DNA of 48,257 bases from Myxococcota bacterium (GCA_040752415.1 JBFMGU010000054.1:1-48257), one strand, 5' to 3'; positions 19,543 through 31,054 are shown, counted from the stretch's first letter. Made by a program: numbers and translations. Notes: generated by a model from the letters alone, not told the origin.

Positions 19543-21177
19543 ATGCGCTTCCAGTTTGTTATCCCATTAGGCTTGCTGGGCTTAGCGTGTGGCACCGGAT
19601 CCACCTCCTCCAGCGCCACAGCCAGCGGGTCGTCGTCATCCAGCTCGTCGGGACAAGCGTCCAGCAGCACGTCCTCCGCGGCTTCCAGCTCAAGCGCGAC
19701 CTCCACGTCCACCAGCGCTTCCTCCCCGGCTTCCACCTCCAGCGGAACCGGCGGACCAGCCACCTCGACGAGCTCCTCCAGTGGCGCATTCCTTGGCGAT
19801 GGGATTGCCGTGGGGGACCTGGTGATGGGCGCATCCTCGTGTCCCGCGTCCTCCGCCGCGGCATCATCCACAGGGGGCGCCCATGTCTGGTCGCGCGACC
19901 TCGGTGGGCCCGACGGCAGCGAGGCCCACGCGGTGGCGACCGACGGAACGGCGATGGCCGTGGCCGGGTACTATTCCGGAACGTTCAACCCCGGGGGCGG
20001 TCCCCTGGTCATCAATGAGTCGGGCCGGCAGACGGGATACGTCACCGCGCACTGCGGCGACGGGACCTTCAAGTGGGGCCGCGCATTTGCGGGCTCGTTG
20101 CAGACGGTTGCCCAGCGCGTGGTGGTGGACAGTGATGGTGGCGTTGTTGTGACGGGGTACTACAACGACATGACCGACACGGTGACGGAGGGGGCCGGTT
20201 CTTCCTGCTGCTGGGAACAGGGCTTCATTCTTTCCTTTGCCGCCGACGGGACGATGCGTTGGCAGCGCTCCTACGTGGTGCCCCGGACCAATGCCCTTCT
20301 CGGCGTGGGCGTGGATGGTGAGAACAACGTCTACGTTGGCGGGCATTTCTACAACCAGGTGGATCCCGGTGGGGGGATGGTCTTCTCAGACGGCACGGTC
20401 GACGTTGTGGTTGCCAAGTACAGCGCGGAGGGGACGCACCTGTGGACGCGTCACTTCGGCGGCGCGGGCTCCGCGTATCTGAGCGGGCTGCGCGTTGAGG
20501 GTGATTCCATCCTCCTGGCAGGGAACTATGACCAGGACCTGACGTTGGATTCCCACGTGCTCGGTGCGGGTGCGGGGGCAGGTGGCGGTTTTGTTGCTGC
20601 GCTCGACCATGACGGAAACACGCTATGGGCTCTCAGTGTCCAGGCGACGAACATGACGGTTTCCGCACTGGCCGCCAGCAGCCTGGGGAACGTCTACGTG
20701 GCGGGCGTGTTTGAGCAGGCCCTCACCGCCGGCGACGTGAGCCTGCAGGCGTCAGCAGCCGACGGGTTCTCCTATTTTGTCCTTGCCGTGGATGCGGCGG
20801 GAATCCCGTCGTGGGGGACCACGTTCGTCACCCGGACCTATGGCGGTGGCTTGATTGAGCGCGTCTCGCTCGCGGCCGACGCGGAGGGGAGCGTCTTTGT
20901 CGCGGCAGGCGTGGCGCAGGACGTGGTGATGGGTGAGCAGACGTTTGCGGTGACCGACCCCTCCGACGTGTTTGTGGCGTCTTTGACGTCGGCCGGAACG
21001 CTGCGCTGGGGACGTGTGCTTGGCGGGTCACAACAACAACACGCGCAGGACCTTGCAGTGAACGAGAGGTTGTACCTGGTGGGTGGGTTCAATGCGCCCA
21101 TGGATTTCGGAACGGCCACACTGACCATCCCAAACGGATCGGACATGCATTCCTATGCCGCGGCTCTGGAGCGCTAA
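19543..21177 (+). CDS. Lipoprotein with Ser-rich linker and beta-propeller (SBBP-like) repeats
   Basis: Lipobox LGLAC; repeats of DxxGNVYVxGxF and KYxxxGxxLW. Confidence 0.82.
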   Translation: MRFQFVIPLGLLGLACGTGSTSSSATASGSSSSSSSGQASSSTSSAASSSSATSTSTSASSPASTSSGTGGPATSTSSSSGAFLGDGIAVGDLVMGASSCPASSAAASSTGGAHVWSRDLGGPDGSEAHAVATDGTAMAVAGYYSGTFNPGGGPLVINESGRQTGYVTAHCGDGTFKWGRAFAGSLQTVAQRVVVDSDGGVVVTGYYNDMTDTVTEGAGSSCCWEQGFILSFAADGTMRWQRSYVVPRTNALLGVGVDGENNVYVGGHFYNQVDPGGGMVFSDGTVDVVVAKYSAEGTHLWTRHFGGAGSAYLSGLRVEGDSILLAGNYDQDLTLDSHVLGAGAGAGGGFVAALDHDGNTLWALSVQATNMTVSALAASSLGNVYVAGVFEQALTAGDVSLQASAADGFSYFVLAVDAAGIPSWGTTFVTRTYGGGLIERVSLAADAEGSVFVAAGVAQDVVMGEQTFAVTDPSDVFVASLTSAGTLRWGRVLGGSQQQHAQDLAVNERLYLVGGFNAPMDFGTATLTIPNGSDMHSYAAALER

Positions 21178-21181
21178 GCGG

Positions 21182-22603
21182 TCAAGGTGCGCCGGTACCG
21201 ACGACAACGCGGGCGGGCCCCAGCTGAGCTGGAAGTGTTGCCGTGCGCAGGAGGGTTCCGTTGGTGGTGAAGTGAAAGACGGCGTGGACGTTGTCACCGG
21301 GGACGGTGGCGGTGAACATGGCCGGCGCGCCCAGGGCAGGAATTCCGTCGGGGAAATGCAGCTCGCAGCCGTTGGCGTGGGCCATCCACAGCCCGCCTGA
21401 CCCCAGCTGAATGAGCACGGCGCTGCCATCCTCGGCCACGGCGAGCGGCTCCAGGTCAGGGCCGGTGGGGCACGGGGCGGGGACCTGGAACGTTGGCCCG
21501 TTGGGGCCCATCACGTGCAGCACCGGATGGGTCGCTGAGACGTCGGACCAGACCAGGGCGTTGCCGGCGGAAATCGCGCGGATGTCGCCTGACACCGACA
21601 ACAGGGGTTCCTCCGGCGGTGTTTGGTCCCAGGGACGCCAGCGTCGGAGATTCCCCGCGCCATCAACGATGATGACGGGGTCCAGGGATGGGCGCATGCG
21701 CGGCCCGTCGTTGCGCCAGGGTCGGGTGGCCAGCCGGCCAGCAACGGACTGACGGACCAGCGCGGTGGGCGTATGCATCGCGGCAACGGTGGTGGCTGGG
21801 CCACCGTCATGATCGCCCAGCTCCGCCACGAGGACACGCGCCACCTGGTGGAAGTGCGCGCCGTGCATGGGACCGGAGAAGTTGGTGAGGGGTTGGTGCG
21901 CGTTGGTGGCCACGAGGACCCGCGCGAGGATCTCCGGACCAACGAACTGTTGCGGAGTCAGCAGCACACCATCCAGCAGCACCGAGTCATCATCCAGCGT
22001 CAGGATCTGGACCCGGCGATCACCAACGCCCACGTAGTTGTCGGCCAGCGCCCAGGCGTTCCCAACGTCAGCGCAGGAGGTGTGGGTCTCACCGTTGCGC
22101 TGAATGGCGGCGCATTGCCAATCACCGCTTCGCGTGGGGGCAAAAGACTCGAAGCGGTCGCCTTCCTGGGTCAGTGCGGCCAATGCGGTTCCTGATTGCA
22201 GGTCCACCGCGTGGAGAATGGTGTCGGCGGAAGAGGCGATGAGCGCGTTGTGATTGGAGAGATGGGCGTAGGTGTCGTGGATGGGGAATGGGATCGTGTG
22301 GGTGACCCATCCCCCGTCGACAGAGCGGGCCACCGTGGCGGAGCCGGGGGACCAGGCAAGGAGTGAGGCGGTGTTGTTGGCGGATCCGATGGAACACGCG
22401 GGTGATGCGTCGGGCAGTGTGCACGCGGAAACCGCGGCGTCGACGGCGGCGTTGGCGTCGGGGTGGGCAGCGTCAAGGCGGGACGCGTCCGTGCCTGCGG
22501 ATCCTCCGTCGGGAGCGATGTGCGGACCGGACTGCGGAGAATTGGACGTGCTGCACCCGAATACCAGCAGGAGGAAGGTGAGCGTCCGGAACACGAATCT
22601 CAT
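21182..22603 (-). CDS. Hypothetical lipoprotein (beta-rich)
   Basis: 473-aa ORF with lipobox VFGC and DAA linker. Confidence 0.65.
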   Translation of the reverse strand: MRFVFRTLTFLLLVFGCSTSNSPQSGPHIAPDGGSAGTDASRLDAAHPDANAAVDAAVSACTLPDASPACSIGSANNTASLLAWSPGSATVARSVDGGWVTHTIPFPIHDTYAHLSNHNALIASSADTILHAVDLQSGTALAALTQEGDRFESFAPTRSGDWQCAAIQRNGETHTSCADVGNAWALADNYVGVGDRRVQILTLDDDSVLLDGVLLTPQQFVGPEILARVLVATNAHQPLTNFSGPMHGAHFHQVARVLVAELGDHDGGPATTVAAMHTPTALVRQSVAGRLATRPWRNDGPRMRPSLDPVIIVDGAGNLRRWRPWDQTPPEEPLLSVSGDIRAISAGNALVWSDVSATHPVLHVMGPNGPTFQVPAPCPTGPDLEPLAVAEDGSAVLIQLGSGGLWMAHANGCELHFPDGIPALGAPAMFTATVPGDNVHAVFHFTTNGTLLRTATLPAQLGPARVVVGTGAP

Positions 22604-22756
22604 GGTCCAAGCCTAACGGGACCCGCGCCGTGTTGGGAAACCGACGCGTGCAACGCGTTGCGCTGCGTGATGGTGCGGGCCTTCGAGGGAGCCGCACCGC
22701 GCCACTGGAGGGCCCTCGTCGGGCGAGGCGTCAGGATGAGAGCCACTTTAGCCTTG

Positions 22757-24580
22757 TCACGCTTGCGCCTTCCGAACCACGCGCACCGCCCAGCGCAGCG
22801 TGACGTGCTCAGCGGCGCGTTGCAGTTGCGGGAGCAGCAGGCCGAAGAGCCACAGTCCCACAATCATCGGGATGAACGGAAAGGCAATGTGCAGCCAGAC
22901 CACAAGCGCGATGATGGAGAGGCCCATCGTCGGGGAATCCCGCCTGCATGCCACCATGACGCGGCGGGGCGCGGTGACCAGCGCAAGAAGCATGAACGTG
23001 GGGACAACGGCCTTGAAACCCAGCCACGCGTACCAGGGCAAGCGGGAAACGTCCTCGGCGGCGCAGGCATAGGGCCGTTCGTATCGCGCAATGGCTCTCC
23101 CCACGTCGTGCTGGACCAGGTAGTGGTTCGCCGCCAACAACGCCAGGACCATGCTCCACGGAACCGGGTCCAACGAAGAGCGTTCGGTGAAACGCACCGC
23201 GTCAACCATCAGGACGCATGCCATGGGGAGCATGGTCACGTTCCATACCTGGCGGGTGGTGAGAACAAACCCCGCCGTGACGACGAGCTGCGCAACGGCA
23301 GCGCGGCTCGGGATGTCGGGGTTGCCAATGCTGCTGAGGGCAAACACGCCCCCGCTCAGTGCCAGGGATACCAGAAAGCGTCGGTGGGGCTTGGTGCTGG
23401 GGAAGAGATTGTAGAGGGGTTCAAGCATGTCCGGTTGATCATCCACCGGGTGCGTGATGGTCCTGAGCGCCCGACGGAATACATCAACAACGGGCGGGCT
23501 GAGGGCGGAGGTTGTCAGACCGACCCACAACCACTCCCAGGGCGACAGCTTCTCCCGCGCGGCGGCCAACGCACCCATGGCGGCAACACCCACGCCAGCG
23601 AGCAACAGGCGGAGCAGGGTGGCGACGGGAAAGACGTGCTGGCTCAAGCCCATGATACGCCCGGCCGCGGGCGACTTTGCCGTCTCAAACCGCCTCAGGA
23701 ATGACGACCATTGACGGTTGAGCCTGTGCAGGAAGACGGTGGCAAAGAGGACGGCGTTGGTTGTCTTGCTCCACCCAAGCAACCCGGCAAACAGCGAGCC
23801 CACCCGCCGCTCTGCATCCGCCCACGCGTCGTCCTCCTGGGATGGAGACGCTGCTACGGCTGCGGCAATTGCAGCATGGTGTTCCAACGCGGCCTGGAGC
23901 TCATGATGGAGCGCAAAGCCCAGGCGGTCGGCCTGCCGAAAATCCACCCGCCAGCCAAAGTGGTCAGCCAATGCCAGCGCCAGGCGGGAGGGCAGTGCGG
24001 GGTTCTGGACAACCAACCTTGCGCACCGAACCGACACGTGCGCCTGGGCTCCAAGCGGCACCTCGTCCAGCGCCCTGCGCAAACGCGTCCACAGGACGTC
24101 ATGGTCATGGGGTGTACCGTCCGCCAGCTCTGCGAGAAGCGACTCCAACTCCGGGGACACATCGGACCAATCCTGCTCATCCTCGTACGCTTCCGCGTCC
24201 TGGGCTTCTTGCTCTCCGTCGCCGCCTTGCTGCTCCTCCTCGCCATCTTGCGCTTCCGCGTGCTGTGCGGCAGGGCTTGTCGCGCCGAGGTGCGGCGTGG
24301 GGGTGGGGGACGTCGGCGGCTCCGACGTTGGGCATTCCGCTCCGGCCGCCAGGCGGGTCTCTTCCTGCTCTTCCGCAGTGGACGCTGCGGGTGCCTCTGC
24401 GACGGTGCGCCAACGCGCCTCCTCCAGTGCAGCGTCATAGGCACTGCGCAGCTTCTGGTAGGCGGCGGCGTCGTCATCCGGGCGGGTGTGCTTCAGCACG
24501 GCCGCGTACGCCTTCTTGATGCGAACCTTGTCGCCGGTGGGCTCCAGACCCAGCTCAGACCACGGCCAGGATGACGTCAC
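22757..24580 (-). CDS. J-domain co-chaperone (DjlB/DjlC-like) with C-terminal membrane region
   Basis: [10 protein letters not shown]...IKKAYA..LK.TRPDDD..AYQ.LR.AYDAAL J-domain; GTGA overlap with the hscC stop. Confidence 0.85.
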   Translation of the reverse strand: MTSSWPWSELGLEPTGDKVRIKKAYAAVLKHTRPDDDAAAYQKLRSAYDAALEEARWRTVAEAPAASTAEEQEETRLAAGAECPTSEPPTSPTPTPHLGATSPAAQHAEAQDGEEEQQGGDGEQEAQDAEAYEDEQDWSDVSPELESLLAELADGTPHDHDVLWTRLRRALDEVPLGAQAHVSVRCARLVVQNPALPSRLALALADHFGWRVDFRQADRLGFALHHELQAALEHHAAIAAAVAASPSQEDDAWADAERRVGSLFAGLLGWSKTTNAVLFATVFLHRLNRQWSSFLRRFETAKSPAAGRIMGLSQHVFPVATLLRLLLAGVGVAAMGALAAAREKLSPWEWLWVGLTTSALSPPVVDVFRRALRTITHPVDDQPDMLEPLYNLFPSTKPHRRFLVSLALSGGVFALSSIGNPDIPSRAAVAQLVVTAGFVLTTRQVWNVTMLPMACVLMVDAVRFTERSSLDPVPWSMVLALLAANHYLVQHDVGRAIARYERPYACAAEDVSRLPWYAWLGFKAVVPTFMLLALVTAPRRVMVACRRDSPTMGLSIIALVVWLHIAFPFIPMIVGLWLFGLLLPQLQRAAEHVTLRWAVRVVRKAQA

Positions 24581-26289
24581 AGGCGGAACCCCCGGTCCAT
24601 CTCGTCGAGGAACTGCTGGAACTTCTCGCGCGCGGTCTGCACGGTGCGCGCGTCCTGCGTATCCAACGCCGCTTCAAATGCGGCCAACTGCATCCCAATC
24701 AGTCGGCGAACATCACCAAGGCGGTCCTCGTACAGTCGCTTGGCGCGCTCAATGAAGTAGCGGTTCTCCTGTTGGTCGCGTGGATGGATCTTCAGGCCCG
24801 CCATCCGCTTGAGCGCCTGCTGCACCTGCCCCGGCGTCATGACGCCCTGGCTTTGCATGATGACCTTGTGCGCCGTGTTGCCGCCCGCGTCCTCCTTGAC
24901 GTCCACCTCCAGGATGCCGTTGGCGTCATAGGTAAAGCGAACCTGGATGGACACCTCCCCGGCCGGGCGGGGCGGGACGCGAACCTCCAGCTCACCGAGC
25001 TGCAGGTTCTCCGAGCCCACCGGGGACTCCCCCTGGCGGACGTCCAGACGCACCACGCGCTGGTCGTCTGAGACGGTGTGATAGGTCTCCACGCGCGACA
25101 CGGGAACCGGCGTGTTGCGCTCAATGATGGGAGAGAACGCGTCTCCCACCTTGCGGCCGTGGATTTCCTGCATGGTGATGATTCCCAGTGAATAGGGCAT
25201 CACATCCGTGAGGACCACCTCATTGAGCGCAGCGTTGCGCACCTTGAGGGCCGCCTGCACCGCGGCGCCTCGGGCCACCGTTTCATCCGGATTGATGAGC
25301 CGCAGTGGTAGGCGTTGGAACAACCGGGCCACCATCTGCCTCACCATGGGCATGCGCGTGGCGCCGCCCACCAGGACCACCTCCTGCAACTCGGACGGCT
25401 CAAGGCGGGCGTCCATGAGCGCGCGCTCCACCGGCCGACGCAGGCGATGCAGCAGCTCACCGGCGCACTGCTCAAACTGGTTGCGCGTGACGGCCGCGTG
25501 GTGCTCCACGCCGTCCACCACAAAGGTGGCGGTGGCGTCGTCCCGGTCCGTCAGGTCGCGCTTGAGCTGCTCCACGGTACGCCACAGGCTGGTCCCTTCG
25601 CGCAGCTTCTGCCGCTGCTTGTCAGACAGGCTCCGGGTTTCCTGGATCACCAGGTCCTGCAGCACGCGAACAAAATCCTCACCGCCAAGGCGCGTATCGC
25701 CCGCGCTGGCCCGCACCTCGACCACGCCCTCAAAGTACTCCAGCACCGAGACGTCAAAGGTGCCGCCGCCCAGGTCGAACACCAGGAACGTGGTGTGATC
25801 CGGCCGCTCCGCCAGCCCATAGGCCAGACCCGCAGCGGTGGGTTCATTGAGCAGGCCCGCAACTTCCAAGCCCGCCAGCTCCGCAGCGGCGCGCGTGGCC
25901 TTGCGTTGCACGTCGTTGAAGTAGGCGGGGACGGTGATGACCGCCTGCTTCACCGGCTCACCGAGGTGTGCTTCCGCGTCCGATTTGAGGGAGCGCAGCA
26001 CCAACGCAGACAGTTCCTCCGGGCTGAAGACGCGCTTTCCCAGCGTGACGCGGTGGCTGGTGCCCATCCAGCGCTTGAACGCCAGCGCAGTGTCCCGCGG
26101 GTGGAGCGGCGCTCGTTCACGCGCCGGCAGGCCCACAAGCACGTCGCCCTGTTCATCCACGCTGACGGCGGACGGTGTCAGCACGTGGCCCAGCGCGTTG
26201 GGGATGAGCTGCGTGGACGGTCCGTCCTCGCCTTCACGAAAGACCGCCACCAGGCTGTTGGTGGTGCCAAGGTCAATGCCAACAATCAT
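24577..26289 (-). CDS. hscC: Hsp70 family chaperone HscC (Hsc62)
   Basis: [45 protein letters not shown]. Short C-terminus with LKIHPRDQ and an adjacent J-protein, as in HscC loci. Confidence 0.92.
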   Translation of the reverse strand: MIVGIDLGTTNSLVAVFREGEDGPSTQLIPNALGHVLTPSAVSVDEQGDVLVGLPARERAPLHPRDTALAFKRWMGTSHRVTLGKRVFSPEELSALVLRSLKSDAEAHLGEPVKQAVITVPAYFNDVQRKATRAAAELAGLEVAGLLNEPTAAGLAYGLAERPDHTTFLVFDLGGGTFDVSVLEYFEGVVEVRASAGDTRLGGEDFVRVLQDLVIQETRSLSDKQRQKLREGTSLWRTVEQLKRDLTDRDDATATFVVDGVEHHAAVTRNQFEQCAGELLHRLRRPVERALMDARLEPSELQEVVLVGGATRMPMVRQMVARLFQRLPLRLINPDETVARGAAVQAALKVRNAALNEVVLTDVMPYSLGIITMQEIHGRKVGDAFSPIIERNTPVPVSRVETYHTVSDDQRVVRLDVRQGESPVGSENLQLGELEVRVPPRPAGEVSIQVRFTYDANGILEVDVKEDAGGNTAHKVIMQSQGVMTPGQVQQALKRMAGLKIHPRDQQENRYFIERAKRLYEDRLGDVRRLIGMQLAAFEAALDTQDARTVQTAREKFQQFLDEMDRGFRL

Positions 26290-26494
26290 GATTGCATCCC
26301 GCCGGAACCAGGAACCACGCGGCGGCGGAAAGGTTAGGAAACGGGGGGATGCGGAAGCAAGGCGCGCTACCCCTCAACCGCACCATCCATGCGAGGTGGA
26401 CACCGTGCCACGACCTGTCCGTGGCCTGGGATCGACTGCGCTCCTTCGCACGAACTTAGGATGACTGTCGTGGGGGCGCGTCTCCATCTCGTCG

Positions 26495-29212
26495 TCACGG
26501 GCTCCACTGCGCGGCGTGCTCGAAGGCGGAGGTGTTGAGGTCGGCCACGTTGGTGGCGGCGCTGTCCGCGCCGGTCACCGGGTCCACGGGGGCCAGGTAG
26601 ATGTCCCAGTCACCCATGCCGCCACTGCGGTTGCTGCTGAAGGAGAGGAAGGTGCCGTCGCGCGCCCAGGTGGAGTAGCTGTTGGCGCCGTCCCCCGCCG
26701 TGCCGTTCAGCGTGGGCAGGTTCAGCACCGTCCCGCTGTTGTCGGCGCGCACCAGGCGGATCTGCGCGTCCTCGGCGGCAATGGTGGACTGCGCGGCGGC
26801 GGACTGCGTGAAGGCAATCCAGAGCGCGTTGGGAGAGAACTGCGGGTAGTAGTTGCCCTTGCCATTGGCGCTGGCGCCCACCACCAGCTCCGGCACGCCG
26901 CCATCCTCGTCGACGAGCAGGATGTCCGTGGGACCCTCCACGCCAAATCCGTTGCCGTTGGAGCTCTGCGCCGCCTGGTTGCCGCGCACGAACGCGATCT
27001 TCCCGTTGGTGCCCCAGCTCGGCATGGTCTGGATCACGCTCGTGTCGGCCGCGCCCTCCAGCTCGCGCAGGAAGCCGTCATACAGCGCCGCAATCTTGAT
27101 GATGTTCCCGGTGGCGTAGGCAAACTGGTAGGGCGGGTTGGTGTTCACGTCGGGACGCCAGGAGAAGTACTGCGGGTCGGTGAACTGGTCGCCCAGGATC
27201 AGCTCCAGGCCGGTGTCCGCCTCCACGAAGCGCATGAACGCGCTCTCGGTCACCGCCACGTATTTCCCGTCGGGGGAGACGCTGTGGCAGCCCGCGCACT
27301 GCTTGCCGGTCCGCGGACCCCAGAACGGATCGGGCGTGGTGGCGCCCTGCAGCGGGAACTTCATGACGTCGCCACCCACGATGCTGGGGATCTGCCAGTA
27401 GTACAGGTAGCGCCCCGCGGAAGGCGGCACGATCTCCGGTCCGCCTGTCATGGTGACGTCGATGGCGGGGGCCGCGGGGTCGTTGCTGCGCACGGTCAGC
27501 ACCGCGGTGTCGCCGTCCTGGTCGGCGGGCGCGTACTGGATGCGCACCGTCTGCGCCTGGCCCGGGTCCAGCGTGAAGGGCAGCGTGGGAGCCTGCGCCA
27601 CGGTGAATTCCGCGTCGGGCTGGGTGAAGTCCAGCGCGTTCACCGTCACGGAGGTGGCGCCGCACGCGGAGACCTGGAACTCCTGCGTGGTGGGCGTGTT
27701 GACGACGCCAAAGTCCAGGTGGCGCGGCTGCACGCAGATGCCCGCCTGCCCGGTGCGACCCGTCAGCGCCACGGCGAAGTCCGGCGAGTCGGAGTCGTTG
27801 GTGGAGATGTTGAGCGTCCCGGTGAAGAAGCCCGCGGTGGTGGGCCGGAAGCCCACGGTGATCACCTTGGTGCCGCCGGCGGGAATGAGGCCAAAGTTGC
27901 TCGCGGTGTCGACGAACGCGGGGTCCGAGCCCGCCGCCATGTTCACGCCGTTGATGAAACAGAATTCGGAGGAGATGTTCTGCACGTTGATGGGCAGCGT
28001 GCGCATGGTGTTCACCGGCACCGAGCCGAAGTTCAGCGCCGCGGGGTCGACGATGATCTGGCACCCGTCGTCGCCGGGGATGTTGGCCTCCAGCGCCACG
28101 GAGAGCTCGGGGCGCACCGGGTCGTCGGAGCGCACGTCGAGGGTGCCGGTGAAGGAGCCGGTGTTGCCGCCCGGCGTGAAGGTCACGCGCGCGGTGGCCA
28201 CCTGCTGCGGCGCCACCTGGTCCCCCACGTTCATGCCCAGCAGCGCCACGGAGAACGGACCGGCGGGAGCGCGCACCTCCACCGCGCTCAGCGTGCAGCC
28301 CAGCTCACCCAGGTTGGTCAAGAGCACGTCCTGGGTGCGCGGCTGTCCGTCGGTGACGGTGCCAAAGGTGATGGCCGCGGGGCTCACGTCCAGGATGCAG
28401 GAGGGCGGAGCCAGCCCGCGGCCCTCCAGGGTGATCTGGTAGACCTCACCCGCTTCCGACGTCAGCGAGATCACGCCCGCGCGCCCGGTGGCCTGGTTGT
28501 AGACGCCGGCTTCCGTGGGACTGAAGTGCACGGTGAGCGGCAGCTGTTGGCCCACCGCCAGCTCGGCGGGCAGCGTGACGGGGTCATGCGCAAAGGGCGG
28601 GAAGAAGTTGTTGGTGCTGAGGCTGGCCAGCGAGATGGGGCGCGTCCCGCACGAGGAGAGCGTCACGGTCTCCTGCTTGGTCTGGCCCACCTGCACGTCG
28701 CCAAAGTCCACCAGCACCTTGTCCACGCACAGGCGCGGTGCGTCGCCCTTGCTGGTGATGACCGCCTTGAGCTCGGCGTGCTCCGGGTCATTGCTCTGCA
28801 CCACCAGCGTGGCGCACTCCGGCGCGCCGGTGCTGGGATGGAAGCGGACGGTGACGGGGATGTTGGCCCCCACCGCCACCTGCGCCTTGCGCGCGCCGCC
28901 GTTGGGCGCGGGCTCGGCAATGGCGAAGTTGGCGGAGGCCTGCGGGCACAGCTCGGGGTCGCTCTTGAGCACCACGTTGCCGACTTCCAGGGTCGCGTCG
29001 CCCTCGTTGCGCAGCTGCAGGGACACCTGGCCGGTCTCACCCAGCAGCACCGGCGCCATGGCCACCGTGAGATGTGACTCCGGTGGGGTGCTCTTGTCCT
29101 CGTGGGAGAGCACCGCCTTGGGCTGGGGCAGGTTGCTGAGGTTGGTCTCGCACTGGCAGCTCGCCAGCGGAGAGGCCAGCAGGCCGTAGAGGAGCCAGGA
29201 ACGCTTCTGCAT
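26495..29212 (-). CDS. Lipoprotein with tandem choice-of-anchor D/ASH-like Ig domains, CxxCH motif and TolB/PD40-like propeller
   Basis: LASCQC; about 5 repeats of xFGxV...N.G...F.P...SNDP; CAGCHSVSPDG; YYPQFSP, FSSNR..GDWDIY. Confidence 0.85.
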   Translation of the reverse strand: MQKRSWLLYGLLASPLASCQCETNLSNLPQPKAVLSHEDKSTPPESHLTVAMAPVLLGETGQVSLQLRNEGDATLEVGNVVLKSDPELCPQASANFAIAEPAPNGGARKAQVAVGANIPVTVRFHPSTGAPECATLVVQSNDPEHAELKAVITSKGDAPRLCVDKVLVDFGDVQVGQTKQETVTLSSCGTRPISLASLSTNNFFPPFAHDPVTLPAELAVGQQLPLTVHFSPTEAGVYNQATGRAGVISLTSEAGEVYQITLEGRGLAPPSCILDVSPAAITFGTVTDGQPRTQDVLLTNLGELGCTLSAVEVRAPAGPFSVALLGMNVGDQVAPQQVATARVTFTPGGNTGSFTGTLDVRSDDPVRPELSVALEANIPGDDGCQIIVDPAALNFGSVPVNTMRTLPINVQNISSEFCFINGVNMAAGSDPAFVDTASNFGLIPAGGTKVITVGFRPTTAGFFTGTLNISTNDSDSPDFAVALTGRTGQAGICVQPRHLDFGVVNTPTTQEFQVSACGATSVTVNALDFTQPDAEFTVAQAPTLPFTLDPGQAQTVRIQYAPADQDGDTAVLTVRSNDPAAPAIDVTMTGGPEIVPPSAGRYLYYWQIPSIVGGDVMKFPLQGATTPDPFWGPRTGKQCAGCHSVSPDGKYVAVTESAFMRFVEADTGLELILGDQFTDPQYFSWRPDVNTNPPYQFAYATGNIIKIAALYDGFLRELEGAADTSVIQTMPSWGTNGKIAFVRGNQAAQSSNGNGFGVEGPTDILLVDEDGGVPELVVGASANGKGNYYPQFSPNALWIAFTQSAAAQSTIAAEDAQIRLVRADNSGTVLNLPTLNGTAGDGANSYSTWARDGTFLSFSSNRSGGMGDWDIYLAPVDPVTGADSAATNVADLNTSAFEHAAQWSP

Positions 29213-29350
29213 GTGCGCCACCTTCGTGCGGGGAGTGGCGTCTATTAGGGGAACGGTGGGGATTGCGCACCGTCGTGGGTTGGCCCGCGCGGACGGCACT
29301 GACGCAGTGCGGCAACGAGGTTGACAGACCCGCGGCGACCCTGGCCGGCA

Positions 29351-29563
29351 CCTCGTGGCGGGAACGTCTCGTACCCGTTCAACGGGAGTCTGGTCCTTTG
29401 CCGTGGCGCCGTGCTGCCCTACCACGAGCTCATCAACCGTGAGCGGCTGGATGATCGCGAATGGCGTCACCTGCTCGACACCGAGCAACGGCCCTCGTCA
29501 CCAGAATGGTTGAAGCCGTTTGTGGGCACCAACGTCGTGACGGTGCCGCCCCACGGTCCCTGA
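29351..29563 (+). pseudogene. Orphan C-terminal fragment resembling a DUF3160 protein
   Basis: YPFNGSLVLCRGAVLPYHELINRERLDDREWRHLL...PEWL matches the remembered DUF3160 C-terminus (G.V.SYYEF...RLTDEEW...P.W). No upstream coding body; start approximate. Confidence 0.5.
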
Positions 29564-30160
29564 GCGGACTGGTGCGCAATCGCAAGGGAATCGTCGACGT
29601 CAATGGCGAACGCGCATACCCACGGCGCGGCGGTCCGTCCCGGTTGTGTTCACGGATGCCGCGTCTCGGGGTCCACGCTCACGGAGCGAGCGGATCCGCA
29701 TCAGCAGCACGGCAAGCGGGTTGGAGGAAGAGGAGACCGTGAAGGAAAGGGCGGCGGCCCCGCCCGGACGGGGAGGGGGAAGGCCCGTCAAGCGGTACAA
29801 GCCGCCGCCCAATGTGTTCTAGCGCTGGGGTGCCGGTGCTGCCTTCGCGTTGTTCAGGGCAGCCGCCGCGCATCGCTAAATGCGGCGAAGCGGATCCGGC
29901 GGCCGCCGGACGGGGCGAGATGCCCCACTGCTCCTCGTGAGGCAGAACTCCCTCGACCCGGCGCGCGTGAAGTGGCGGGAGCGCCGGCGACCAATTGTCG
30001 CGTCGCGCCGACACCTTTGATTCGTGTTGTTTAGAAATGGATCAGCCCGTGGCTCAGCCTGCGCGCAGCCTGAACGGGGCCGCCGACCGGAGCGGCGGGT
30101 CGTGGAGCGCACTCGCTGCTCAGGCTCGGGCGGAATGCGCGTAAACGTCGTGACGTCGCT

Positions 30161-31054
30161 TCAATCCAGCACGTACGCGGAGGTGGGGCCAATGCCCCGG
30201 CCATTTCGACCCGAGGGCTGCACGTCGGTGGTGCTGAACTGGCTGTACCAGTGCGCGGGCGACGAATAGTTCTGTTCCCATTGCCCCCGCACCGACGAGT
30301 TCGAGTAGATCCCCACGCCGTCCCGCCCCACGATGCCGATGTGACCGCGGCCCATTCCGTCGGCGGTGCAGATGACGGCGCCGGGCGGGAGGCTGCGCGT
30401 TTCCGGCGTCACCTCGATGCGTCGCGCGGTTCCCTCCCGGACGCGTCGCTCCAATTCGCTGCGGGTCAGTGCCAGCGAGGCGCCGGGCCGTTCCCGGGAG
30501 CCCATGAGCGGGTCCACGCCGCCCGCGGCCATCATCTGGTTCACCGCCCACGCGCAGGCGCCGCGCCCTTCCCGACACGCAGCCGGCGAGTTGCTGCGCG
30601 AGTCAAAGCCCACGTTCCGCTCGGCGGCGAGGGCCAGCCGGTCGCTGGTGGTGCGGCAGCCGGCCAGCTCGGTGTCGGTGAGGTCGTGACGCGTCATGAC
30701 GCGTGGGGATTCCTGCGCCGCCACGGCGTCCTCGGGCAGGTCCGTGCGCGACCTCGCCGCGCGCGCCTGGCGGTCGGCGTGGACGCGGTGCACGTCGCGA
30801 CCGTCACGGAAGTGGGAGACCGAGCCGCCCGCGTGCCCACCGGTCAACGCACCCGTGCGTGCATGATCGGTCCCCGCGGTGGTGCGTGCGGCGCGCTCAT
30901 GACGGGAGACGCGCGCGTCGAACTGCGCAGGGATGACGGTGGCGACGTCGACATCCGCGCTGGCGGGGCGGGGCGTGTTGGAGACGGGTGCGTGCGGCGC
31001 GCTGTAGGAGCCCACGCGGGCGGCAACGTTGGTACCCAGGACGGCTCCGGACAT
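30161..31054 (-). CDS. Papain-like (NlpC/P60/CHAP-type) Cys-His domain protein with low-complexity N-terminus
   Basis: GACAWAVN...PGAVI...RGHIGIVG...IYSNSS. Confidence 0.65.
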   Translation of the reverse strand: MSGAVLGTNVAARVGSYSAPHAPVSNTPRPASADVDVATVIPAQFDARVSRHERAARTTAGTDHARTGALTGGHAGGSVSHFRDGRDVHRVHADRQARAARSRTDLPEDAVAAQESPRVMTRHDLTDTELAGCRTTSDRLALAAERNVGFDSRSNSPAACREGRGACAWAVNQMMAAGGVDPLMGSRERPGASLALTRSELERRVREGTARRIEVTPETRSLPPGAVICTADGMGRGHIGIVGRDGVGIYSNSSVRGQWEQNYSSPAHWYSQFSTTDVQPSGRNGRGIGPTSAYVLD

